Assembly: GCA_951406725.2 (NCBI GenBank)
Contig: OX597818.1
Location: 7,936,001-8,000,000, forward strand
DNA from: Octopus vulgaris
Lineage: Eukaryota
Reading direction: 5' to 3'
Length of the DNA: 64,000 nucleotides
This document shows, piece after piece, positions 41,691 through 53,927 of the stretch (positions are counted from its first letter, which is position 1; every line of letters begins with the position of its first letter). A program made the position numbers and the translations under genes. Under the pieces are notes generated by a model. That model saw only the letters and a program-made list of their open reading frames with translations. It searched no databases and was not told where the DNA came from.

Positions 41691-44599
41691 AATATTATAA
41701 CCGCTCTTAATGTCAGGTTGTCACCAACTATAATTGCTTACTGTTGTAGGTATATATGTCATCAGTTATAAACATTAGGTTTGGCTGTGTTTTGATTGGT
41801 TACAGGTTATGATAGTTCGTATAGATTTGAGTATAATTAGATATACAAATAATATATACACCTATAGCTAAACGTTCATGTATCTTAAAGACCATGTTGC
41901 GAGGAGTTTAGAGGTGTATGCAGAACGTATATATGTAATATACACTCTTAGTCGTGTTCAGCATGTATGTTGAAGAATACCAATATTTCACTAGCACGGT
42001 TATATGATTGTTTAAATAGGATAAGGAAATATGTTCGATAGCACAATGAAAATATCTGCAGAAGTAAATTTAAGAAGTCATGTTTATTCTGAAAATGTTA
42101 TTTAGTTTCATCATACTGGGTTGACTGTATTTTCTCATGTTGACAAAGAGATGCATGCAACTTAATCTTAAACTAATTCATTTTTCTTTATTAACATACG
42201 ATGAAAGTTCGTACGCATTATACAAAAGAGAAGAACAGACTCGATTTAAAAATATAAACAGTGAATTCACCACGACATATTCATGATGGAAAAATTGTAA
42301 TACATATTATATATGAAGTAAACATTTTAAAAATCATCTATCGCAGGAATGACGAAATGATAAATTTACTTAGTCCTTTAACCTACACTAACAGGTTGAG
42401 AATAGCATGACATAAGTTCATGAAGAATGAACAATGCAAAATAGCAATGCAAAAGTGAGTGACAACCAAGTGTCACTAAATAGTTTCCCAAATATCTGGG
42501 TTTAGATAACTGTTGTAAACCCGATTCTAAACGCCTGTCTCCATTAAAAAAGAACATCTTCACGGAGACTAGAATCTGTATATGAACAGTAAAATTGACC
42601 AATGGAAAAGCGTAAGACATTTAGAAACAAATGATAACTGACACGACTATTACGTCATGCTGCTAAAGTATGTAACCGCTACACAACATATGTATGTATA
42701 CATGCACGCCAATACGCATGCACACACGCACCACACACGCACGCACACATAAACGTCATATAGTCTAGAAATACAAAATGGTTGTGCAGACATTGATTTA
42801 AATCCAAAAACATCATACTGACAATTACAAATGTTTAATAACATTAAATAAACCCAAGAGAGAAAATATACATAAGCAGTGTAGTAGCATAAATGTATAT
42901 TATGTGTGTGTGTGTGTGTGTGTGTGCATGCATAGATATAGATGTAGACATAGATATAAATATATAGATATATCAGAATCATGTAAACTGACACAATTCC
43001 TGTTTATTTAATTCATTTACTGAGTCTTGTTATGGTACTGCCAAAATTAATATACTGAAGTCGGGTTTTTGTTTTTCCTTCAAATTTAAACAGTCTTTCT
43101 CCTAAATAAATTTTGTTGATGATAGTTGAGCTAATGGGAAAATTATGGTTTTCTTTAAGAAGCATCTAAAGAGTCTATAGCAGTGTTTCTGTGTGGCCGT
43201 AGTCTTAAGCTTTGGTTATGGCTTTATGATATTTAGATGCAGTGGAATTTGTATAAGTGATGGACGAAATTGTCTTTTGTGTCTTTTCATTCCTGTTTGA
43301 AAACCTGCGGAAACTTTCTTTGATTCTCTTCCCTTCTAAGGATATAAATATGCAACTTGAGCCAATGGTTCTATTACCTTAATAGATTCCTTCACCAAAC
43401 GGATTGGTCATATATCTATATTAGAAATAAGTGTCAAAAGGGTTTACGAAACAGGCACAAAATTTATTAATTATGAATCGACAGTAATGCGTAAGAACTT
43501 AACACATTTCTTCATTTATTACGCTCGTTCGACACAGGAATAAAATGCAAGGAAGTAGAAAAGTTGACTATAAGGCATATAAAATCCTGGACAGACAAGG
43601 TCGAAATATTTAGAATTTGAACATAAAGTGCTTTAAGAAGCTACAGCAAAGAATTTTGTTCAATGCTCACGTAGATTCCCCAAGGCTGCTAAAGAATTAT
43701 ACAGTTTAATATTGCAGTTAATAGTAGCAAAGGGGATAACTCAATATCGGTCATAACTTTGAGGGTCACTGCTATTAGATATGAATCAGGTATAAAGGAG
43801 TGGACAATGTTATACCTACAAACCTTAAGGTGTAAGAGAAGAATATGTCCGGCAATATTTCGAGTTCGTCGCCTTTGGAGAGAGAGTAACATCGCCTTTA
43901 TGTAGATGATGTAGTCTGAATAGTCAAGCTTTGCACATTGAGAGTACAAGAGGTGGCGACGTGGCTAGAGGCAACGGTCATATATTGGAAACTCTGTCAC
44001 ACATATTGGTTGTTCATAAAACCCATAACGCGTTTCTCATTACGTTCGTTTGATACAGGAATAGAAATAAAAGAAGCAGAAAAGTTGACAATTTATAACG
44101 AGTATGGAATCTTCAGGATATAGAAAATGAAGTACGTAACTACCATGTCAGTATTTGTAGGAGAATTAGGGACAATTAGGACATTGCAAAATAGTTGTAG
44201 AAGATAGAATTAGATTGTGAAATAAAGCTATTGCAAAGATTTTGCTTATTGTGATCAGCTAAAGCATTTTGTAGGGTACTCGATAGTTACATACACTTAA
44301 ATAACTGGAAAAGGCAAGGAGGAACCTGCTTGATATGTAAGTTATTGTTTGTAGCTCACTCTCAAAGCAGAAATGTGACCAAGTTATAAGAACCAACCTG
44401 TGAAACAAACAATGAAGGAAGATGATACGGATGAGGGAAAATATAATGAATATCATTATCGTCATCATCATGATCATCATGATCATCATCATGATCATGA
44501 TCATCATCATTGTCGTCATTTATTTCATTAATCACAAACTTGATGTACTCATGAATGTACAAGGATAAAAATATGTACACAAATATGAGATTCACAATG

Positions 44600-45700
44600 C
44601 GAAGGAAATTTCTGCAATATGTGCTGCATCGAAGTCATGAAATGTGCGTTCACGCAGTTGCTTTTTTCTTCTACAAAGAATAGTAAACCCAACGAGACTC
44701 ACCATCTCGTAATTCTCATCTATCTTTCATTGAAGAAAGTAGGATGCAACACATTCTTTTCTACTCTCACATTCTTCTTTATGTTGTACTTGAATCAGTT
44801 GATAAGTCATTAGCCAGAGTTGAAAATACCTCTCTTCAAACCTATCTTCCAGGTATTATCTGCTGATATGTTGCACGAAATGCATCCATAATAGTTCCCC
44901 GTCATCATGCTCAGAATGATTCTGGTATTTCTTCCTGAATGTATGTCAGCCTCATGCATATTTCCAAATACGAATTCTAGAGACAACCACGTCCTGGATG
45001 TTGTCCGTTGATGTATTTCTTGACCTGTGAAATCTGCCTCTTCCGAAAAAATCCCCAAAAAGTGCTCCAGCCAGAAAGATATCTATTGGGGAAAGCTACA
45101 GCAATGAAGAGGTAATGTGTTACTAAGGCGATGTATACTTTAGTCATTCCGCCCGACAGTTGAGGTACGACTTCTTTCCAGCGTATTTGAAACCACCCAG
45201 TTCATATCAATATGGATGTCGACAGAGATCATTACAGGCCGGCAGGGACTTGTCTCAATAGCTGTCAAGTTGCGATCTCACCTACGTCTTCCGGCTCATG
45301 AGTGCTCCCAGCACTCTTGAGTGCTGACAGTAAACCATACCTCAAGTGTTGTGTACACAGTCGTTTCTATCTCTGAAATGTCTCTCCCCAAAACCGCACG
45401 TCGCTTGCATATTAAGGCGAGGTTCTCCAGTGATGCATTCAAGCACAATTTCTTTCAAGGAATGGTCGCAACAGCTAAAACATATAGGAGAAGCAAGGGA
45501 ATATATTCTGATCCAACAGAGCACTAGCTGATCAATGGTTATGTGAGCTGGTCATTTAATGTGACTCTCAAACAGATGTCGCTTTATATTTGGAAACTAA
45601 TCTCTGAAGACTGGTCCAAAAGCTACTGATCTTGGGACATCAGTCAAGAAGCCATAGTCGACTTATGAATGCTTTGGACATTTCATATTGACCAGTGCTT
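44600..45700 (-). mobile_element. decayed LINE (RTE-like) fragment
   Basis: GC-richer block. Minus-strand patches TKVYIALV... and ...ADNTWKIGLKRG resemble RTE ORF C-terminal motifs (KVY.AVV; DR..WR..L..G). Heavily mutated. Confidence 0.4.
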
Positions 45701-47009
45701 GCTAATCGCATATCTGTTTGTGCCCTAATGAAGGATGTATCCGACAGGGTAGAGGCTGTGCTGGACAGATCTGCAGCAAATAGCACAAGTTTGTGCTTCA
45801 CTAACTATAATACAGCGACATCAAGAAAGATTTAAATTAAGAGATAATCAAATGTCAGCACTGCAGATATTAGAGATGACACACAATTCGGCTTTGAATT
45901 TTGCAACCTGAAATATAGTTGGTATTTGTTCTCCTTGCACTTGTTCATGCGAGCAGAATAAAGGTTATAATAAGGAGGCGGTAAAATATTTAAGATTATG
46001 GCTGTTATTGATGTTATTTTGTTGACGTGTCCTGATCAGATCTAATTGAACGAAGATACGATTTTAAAAAGTGTTAACAATGTTTATACCATATTATTTT
46101 AAATACAGTTTACACTGCATATTTTACGCTATCCATTGTTTTTTGCTATTTTAAAACGGCAGCACATGAAATGTCGAACATTTAGTTTCTATTTCGTAAT
46201 TTCACTATTGAAATCTACTAACGGTAGTCGATCGTGAGGTTAGTTAAATTTTATTGTAAACGAATTAATGATTGAAGTTGATTTAGTTATGTACATAAAA
46301 TTACAAATACTCCAAAACCTGCAGTTCAGATAGATTACGAGATATATTTTTTGTACTTCGGTAATACATTCGATGATTGTGAAAGATGAAGAAATTAAAA
46401 TTTTTATAGGGAAAGAGAGTATGGGTTTGCCAGGTTTAAAATGTCCAACTTTCTTGTAAAAACAGATTCTATTACGATTAATTAATCCGAGGGGAATAGG
46501 CAATATCTATAACCGTTGCATAGGATGGCTGGTGTTGAAATCATTATTATTTAGAATGAATTTTTATTCGTAAATATTTAATAGTATTTGAAATGATATC
46601 CGAGTTGACACGCACCTATATAAAACACAAGAGAAAAACAAAAAGACATATTGAATAATATTTTGTCCAGAATTAGAAAGGAAGTGTGATACGGTGCAGG
46701 AATGGATGCATAAAATGTGTGATATAAGAAATCGAGAATATAATTCAGTGTTAGAAAATGAAATCTCTCGATTTAATTCAATATCTAACAGTCATGAATA
46801 TAATCAGTTAAGATATCAGAAATATAAAAATATATGTTGCTGTGTCTTGGTAGAATTACTTTGTTTTGTGCCATATCAAGTATCTTGCAAAACAAATGCA
46901 ATGATGGAATATCAGAAAATTTATTCAGGTTACGAAGACCTGAAGAAATATTATTATTCCGCTCAAGAAAATTAATATATCTCTAAATATAATAATGAAA
47001 CAAACGAAG

Positions 47010-47062
<53 letters not shown>

Positions 47063-47081
47063 TATACACACATACACACAC

Positions 47082-47112
<31 letters not shown>

Positions 47113-47191
47113 CGTGTATGAGTGTGTATGTGTATATGTATATATATATATATATATTATATGTGCATATATATTTATATATGTGTGTATT

Positions 47192-47257
<66 letters not shown>

Positions 47258-47699
47258 GTCTCTCTAAGAAATTTAAAGCTCCTATCCAACTATGAATACC
47301 ACTTGCTATTTTACAGTCACATATCTCTGGGTTTATAAAAATAGGTATATAAGGTGACAGTTTTTAGTATCCTGCTGAGTTAAGGAAATGATCATATGGC
47401 ACTGGTTTTCTCTAATCTGGTAACAGACACAAGAATGTTTATCCTTAAATATTCATTTTTATTCTCCTAAATTTCCGGAGAAGTCTGTGGTTAATGATCG
47501 AATGAACTTGAGGTTTCTTCGTCCTTTATATTTATATGACAGTTATATGAATTTATATTTCTAAAAGTGATGATAGTTATTCGGTTGGGTAAAAAAAAGG
47601 AGATGAATTAATGATGATAAAATAGTGATTTGAATCTGGTCACCGGAAGATGCGCATTTATACTGTTATTGTTGATTCATGCTAATACAGTATTGCATA

Positions 47700-48880
47700 T
47701 GATATATGTAACATTCAAGAATTCACAGCTGATAAGCATAGATTTTTAGCCCGACAGCTGTTTCTGAGATCTAGATTTACGCAACAGTCATAATGTTCAG
47801 AATTAGCGTATGGGATGTACCTTAAAGTCATGGATATGCAACCAGCAGATGATCGCAAATAGACACTACCTTAAGACTGGCTCCCATTCTCAGAATGATA
47901 AATGATAAACAGCAGTTCACATCCAATAGTTCACATTTCCACATCAATGGGAAGATAGGAAGACAGGTGTAAAGACTGGGAGGAAGAATAGAAAAGCTTA
48001 GGGAGGAAGAGTAGAAAAGCAAAGGAAGAACAAGAATAGAAAAGAAATGCAAGGTGGAGGAGAAAGTGATTAATTGTGGGGAGGGAGCAGAAGTAGGATT
48101 GATGAGTCAGGGTGGGGAAGGGGATGAGATGTGTCAACATTGTGAATAAAGGCACCGTTGGGGGTCAGGTATTTCAACAAATCAGGTATGGTTGAAGCTA
48201 TAGAAAATTAGAGAAAGTTAAGGAGTTAAATAGGAAATAGGGTGTTTGACAGAGAAGGAGGAGTGCTGCGATAGAGAGAGAGTGTGGTACAAGGAAATTA
48301 GAGAGGATGAAGTTTTGGAACAATTTGGGAGGATATCTGGTTATAGATAGGATAGAAGAATTCGAGGAATGAAGGTGGGGTAACAGTGGAGGAAGTTATA
48401 TTTTCGTATGGATAATGTTACAAGGAGAATATATACAGAGAAAAATAGAAAGAAAAAGAAAGAGACCAGGCACATGTTGCTAGCATAGCTAAGTGATAAA
48501 TTAAGGCTGAATCGCAAGTAGGAGAAATTATAGAGACTTTACATAATAGGTAGACGAACAATAACAGTTGTGCCTGCGAGAAAAGATTACGTAAGAGAAC
48601 CTATTGTGTAATGAGAGTTATGGTGTCGCAAGATGGAAAGCATATGGATCAGAGTAAGGTATAACGAATATCTTGGAACTTGATTTTATATATATGCAGC
48701 TTGATAGGTAAAGAGTTTAGAGGCTCGATTTGGGATTGAACTCATGTTAGATTGATAGCAGCGCTTGAAATCTACAGTGCAACAGATGTAGACCTTAGAT
48801 TGGTGGGCATTTTTGTACCACATTATGTCATAAACAGAAACGATCCAACAGACAGTTGGGAGACCTGACAATTTCATACA
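47700..48880 (-). mobile_element. decayed PLE 3' part (GIY-YIG relic, pyrimidine tract, HHR 3' half)
   Basis: ORF 48686-48877 reads IVSVY...KVYICCTVDFKRCYQSNMSS (compare YIG.T..FK.RY..H.SS). Purine-rich plus strand. GAAACAGCUGUC^GGG on the minus strand at 47750-47764. Confidence 0.55.
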
Positions 48881-48882
48881 GT

Positions 48883-49013
48883 TCTATATTTAAGAGATTA
48901 GAATTATGTACATTATTTATATTATTTACATTCGACGGATATTTGTCCTCATCTTCTTCATGTGTCTCGGGGTAATTTCGAACATGAGTTCTATTTCCTA
49001 AGGTATTTTAGGA

Positions 49014-49073
<60 letters not shown>

Positions 49074-49172
49074 CATTATTATTATTATTATAATTATTGT
49101 TGTTGTTGTTGTTATTGTTCATGTCACTGCTTGGAATCGAACGAGGAATCCTTTGGTTAGTAGCCCGTGGGC
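48883..49172 (-). mobile_element. tRNA-headed SINE with an internal (AAC/AAT)n tract
   Basis: Minus strand ...CGGGCTACTAACCAAAGGATTCCTCGTTCGATTCC (B box at 49133-49142), then the microsatellite, then a ~130-bp unique tail. Confidence 0.6.
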
Positions 49173-49599
49173 ATATATACATATATATATTGCCTGCGTG
49201 TGTGCCTGTTTTTATGTATATATGTGGGATTGGTTTTCATATTTTGCTAGATATTTTTCATGATGATTGATTGAGGTTTAAAATTCAAAATTAGAAGGAA
49301 AAGAAATTTATAAGTAAGATAAGTCAAAATCCATTCTTCTGAAAATTAAAATTAAAATATTAAATCACAACAAAATGGAAACGCTAGTCACAAATGTGTG
49401 AGAGAGAGAATATTATTTTCCTAATTTTTTTTATTGTCGAAATTTCTCTTTTCTTTTACTATGTTCTCATTTAAGTCAAAAGCAGTTTTGGGAAATGCAT
49501 TCTGCATTTCCGCTTTTTTTCTGAAAACAATAACTAAATAAATTTCGGAAAGCTATAAATGTGCATCAGTTTAAAAAGCATCTTCATTTTGAGAAAAGC

Positions 49600-49736
49600 C
49601 TTCAAGATTCCAAAATAGATCCACGTTTCTAATGGAAATATATATAAGAAATTATGTACCACTCCCTTTCCTTTCCTCTCAGCCTATCCCTCTATGTCCT
49701 TCTCTTGCTCTCTGTTTCCACACACACACACACACG

Positions 49737-49773
<37 letters not shown>

Positions 49774-49782
49774 GTGTGTGTG

Positions 49783-49827
<45 letters not shown>

Positions 49828-49966
49828 GTGTGTGTGTGTGTGTGGGGGGAACAGAGAGCAAGAGAAGGACATAGAGGGATAGGGTGAGAGGAAAGGAAAG
49901 GGAGTCGTACATAAGTTCTTATATATATTTCCATTAGAAACGTGGATCTATTTTGGAATCTTGAAG
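49600..49966. repeat. near-perfect inverted duplication centred on a (TA)n/(CA)n microsatellite
   Basis: Arms of ~135 bp (about 120 bp unique plus (CA)n) differ by three visible substitutions and a small change at the CA junction. Confidence 0.95.
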
Positions 49967-50259
49967 CTCGAAGATTGAAGGCTTCGAATGTCCCGTCCGT
50001 GTTTTTTGTATCGTCTTCTAAATGTTTTACCTTCTTGTCCCAGTTTGTATTTTTCTACATATAATATATATAGCGACGCCCGTACCTCTTTTGGCCTTGT
50101 ATGTAAGTACATATTCCTTTAAATTTGGTACGACTCTATAACACTGTCTCTCTCTCCTACATTTCTCTGCCTTTCACACTTTGCACTCTACTTTGATCTG
50201 TCTCTTTCTTTCTCTCTCTCTCTCTCTACTTCTCCTCCTTTTCTCTTTTCTTGCCTCTG

Positions 50260-50354
<95 letters not shown>

Positions 50355-50361
50355 TATATAC

Positions 50362-51800
50362 TGGCGCAAGAGTTGCTGTGTGGTAAGTAGCTTCCTTGCT
50401 TATTGCGCATGCGTCGGTCTATTCGCTATGTTGATATTTGACGAGTCGGACACAATTTATTATGCTGCTTGGCAGCGGTTTGTCAGTGAGTGTTATATCG
50501 GTAGGAAACATGTATTCAGACCTTTCTGTGTATGAACTGGAATATGCTATCAAAAGTTACGAGGCGGTGGCAGGAGCAAAGGTTAACAAGGAAAGGTCGG
50601 TCGGTTTGCAATTCGGCACCTGGAGGGGCAAGCAGATGGCGTCCAATGATGTCGTGGGGCGTTGGACGGAATGTACCGTTAAGCTACTTGAGGTCTGGTT
50701 TGGCCCAGGCCTCCAGATAGAGAAAAATTGAAGTCAGGTGAGCAGCAAGGTGACTGCTCTAACCCAGACCTTATCTGGGCGGGCGTTTTCCTTGCTAGGA
50801 AAGGCGGAGGTTGTGCAGATGTATATAGCATCGGTTATCACCTACCGTCTGACCATTGTGTCTTGCCCCGATTTGTGGATGAACAAGTTGGAGTGAATCC
50901 TTTTTCACTTTTTGTGGAAGGGAAGAAAGCCACTTGTGAAGCGCTCTGTCTGCTGCCAGAAACCGTTAAAAGGTGGGCTAGGGATAGCTTGGCTGAAGAT
51001 GCGAAAACTCGTGTTAAGGTTGAGGCACATCTGGATGGAGAGCAGGCGTAGTTACCGCACGTCCGCTTCTACCTTCAGCAGTTAACGTCCTTAACGGACA
51101 TTGGTACATGGATCAAGCAGAGCAACTGTTGTCATCGATGGGAAGAGTACAGCTATCGGCTAAATCTATCATAGAGATTGTACCACCTCCTTCCTTTAAC
51201 AGGGAGATGACAGCTTGCTTTTTCTGAATAGTAGCCACACTGAAAGAAACAGTATGGAAGACGCGTGTGAGAGGAATAGTGACGGGTACCTTTTATCTGG
51301 CCAGGAGCTGGTTAATTTTTTTAGTTACCTCCTCAGCAGTAAGATCACGAGAAAGATTCGAGAAAAGATGGAAGCCTGTGGCAAAAAAGCTGGGAGCGAT
51401 TAGCACCAGATAAGTGGAGTCCGAAAGAAAGCAAGGGTTCTACCCTGATGGTCATATGTCTTTTCTTCAGGGAATCTATTTCAAGTCGCATCGAGGATCA
51501 CGTCTGTAAAATTGTAATTAGGAATTCTGAATTTTTAGTTGTATTAATTTATCATCATTAATTTTTAATCGATTAACAGCTACTCACCTTTTTATGTTTG
51601 TCTGTCTTTGTCCGTTCCCTCTTTGTAATGCCTTCATGGCAAATTTTATGAACTATAGTAGCTTGCTTACCAACCACATGGTTCCGGGTTGAATATCACA
51701 CTGTGGAACCCTGGGCAAGTGTCTTCTACTATAGGCTCGGGCCAACCAAAGCCTTGTGAGTGAATTTGGTAGGTGGAAACTGAAAGAAGCCCGTGGTATA
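50362..51800 (+). mobile_element. tRNA-derived SINE, family B, split by a LINE insertion (head 50362-50393; body 51657-51800)
   Basis: Head GGCGCAAGAGTTGCTGTGTGGTAAGTAGCTT resumes as AGTAGCTTGCTTACCAACCACATGGTTCCGGGTT...CCTGGGCAAGTGTCTTCTACTATAG. Confidence 0.8.
50394..51656 (+). mobile_element. Tx1/L1-clade LINE fragment, decayed
   Basis: YEAVAGAKVNKERSVGL...KLLEVWFG...GRAFSLLGKAEVV...FLWKGRKPLVKRSVCCQKPLKGGLG, the L1/Tx1 post-RT motifs. TSD AGTAGCTT at 50386-50393 and 51657-51664. Confidence 0.88.
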
Positions 51801-51846
51801 TATACATATGTGAGTGTGTGTATGTGTGTTCACATATATATATAGC

Positions 51847-51883
<37 letters not shown>

Positions 51884-52660
51884 AAGACAGAGACAAAGAG
51901 AAAGAAAGTATGAAAGAATGGAGGGCAAGAAGGAAGTAAGAAGAAAGAAATGAAGAATGGGACAAATAGATAGACATATAAACAGAGGGACAATATTCAT
52001 CCTTGTGCACATGAAGATAATATCTTTTTTAATGGTTTATTCTACAATTTATAAACTCGTACTAAGTCACTGAGTCCAGCCGAACATTCGGGATATCCTA
52101 CTGCCATATTTGAATTTGTAAAACCTATGAATTTAACAGTACCTAAAATTCAAAATATGCAACATTTTCATTGAGTCACTGACTTACAAATATTTTATGT
52201 ATGTTACATTAATCTGCTTCTTTGTCTATACTGCCATGTGACTAAAAACTGTGCACGTTTAATCGCTCGCGTCACATATCTGTCAAATGTGTTACTAGTT
52301 AATTTTCGAGTCTATGTTCTGTTGTAGTTAATTCACGGAAAATAAATGCAGTTTTGCACGAGAATATGAAAACAACTTTGAAATGTTGAAATGTCAATAG
52401 TGTTAACCGTTAAATTTTGTATTATATAAATAATGTAAAAACTAATTGCGGCTTTTCTCAAATCGTCGCTTCTTCTTCTTTTGAGTATCAGAATTATTAA
52501 ATGCTGTAATTTCAGGGATCTTATAAAATGTACAATACTTTATCTTCGTTAAAATACCATTTCAGTTTGGTATAGCAGCAGCAGTCCCATCATCATCATC
52601 ATCATCAGTAGTAGTAGTAGTGGTGGTGGTAGTGGTAGTGGTGGTGATGGCAGTGGTGAT

Positions 52661-52693
<33 letters not shown>

Positions 52694-53692
52694 ATGGTGA
52701 TGGTGATAATGGTGGTGGTGATGATGTAGGTGTTGATGGTAGTTGTTATTGTTGTTTTGTTTAGGCATAACAAACCCTGAACGAGTAAACCTAGGAGGTA
52801 TGTTGTAATTGTGACTATGCCGACTACTTACAGTTCTAAGTTTGCATCAGCATTTTACCTATTTAAACGTTTTTAATTTTCTGTTTATCTCTCACATGTT
52901 GTGATCATTGAATTTTGTCCATGTTTGGCCACGTCTCCGTGGATTTTGTGTCTTTGTTATTTCTGCTTGGAGGCAAAATGATCAGTGTCCGTTGGTGAAT
53001 GGGAATAAAAAATGAATACCTGTAGAAAGGTTCCAGTTATCTCCAACTATGATGTAAGACAAAAGTATATATCCACACAGTACAAACGCGCGCATCACAG
53101 GCAGTCGAGTGATCTCGCTGTCTCTCTTTGTACACACACACACACACGTATAGCATTCTATTAAAATCTCCTATTGAGAAAATCTCGTTCTTTTTTCATT
53201 GTGATTTTTATTACGTTGCTCCAATACAACGCTAATATAGTTTTAATATGGTGTTGATTCTGCTCTTAACCAACCGACATTATTTTGTAGCAAGAGCTAC
53301 ATTGTCCAATGAATCCTTTCTCTCCTTATTTTCTTAGGCAAATGACGATATAACACAATCTGGCATCTATTTCTAGCAAGTCGATCAACAGTACGTAGTC
53401 TGTGGCTCATTCGATGAGTGACCGTCTTGGATTTCGAATGCGCTAGGAATAATAGTTTTCTAACTAAAGAAAATGGCTACACATTCGGCCAAGTACGCTT
53501 TGAGAATATTGATTAATCGACAAAAGTATTCATTATTATTTTATCGCACTTTCGAAGAAGGAAGCCATGAGCAGCTTTGGCGTGATTTAAAACTAAATAA
53601 AATGCAAGTTGTTATTTTAAAATCCAACTCAGTCCACATTTAGTAGACTTAGGATCAAATATTTTTCAGCTATTATAATTACGTATCTTATT

Positions 53693-53927
53693 CGTATTTC
53701 TTTATTGCCCACAAGGGGCTAAACTTAGAGGGGACAAACAAGAACAGACAAAGGGTTTAAGTCGATTACATCGACCCCAGTGCGCAACAGGTTCTTAATT
53801 TATCGACCCCGAAAGGATGAAAGGCAAAGTCAACCTCGGCAGAATTTGAACTCAGAACGTAACGGCAGACGAAATACCGCTAAGCATAACGCCAGGTTTG
53901 CTAACGTTTCTGCCATCTCACCGCCTT
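53693..53927 (-). mobile_element. tRNA-derived SINE, family A
   Basis: Reverse complement aligns along the whole of 41111-41340, including the GTCCCCTCT..GTTTAGCCCCTTGTGGGCAATAAAGAAAT tail. Confidence 0.9.

Noticed and set aside
43520-44250. Two similar segments about 520 bp apart
   Set aside because: Highly diverged and most likely old copies of an interspersed repeat; no clear boundaries.
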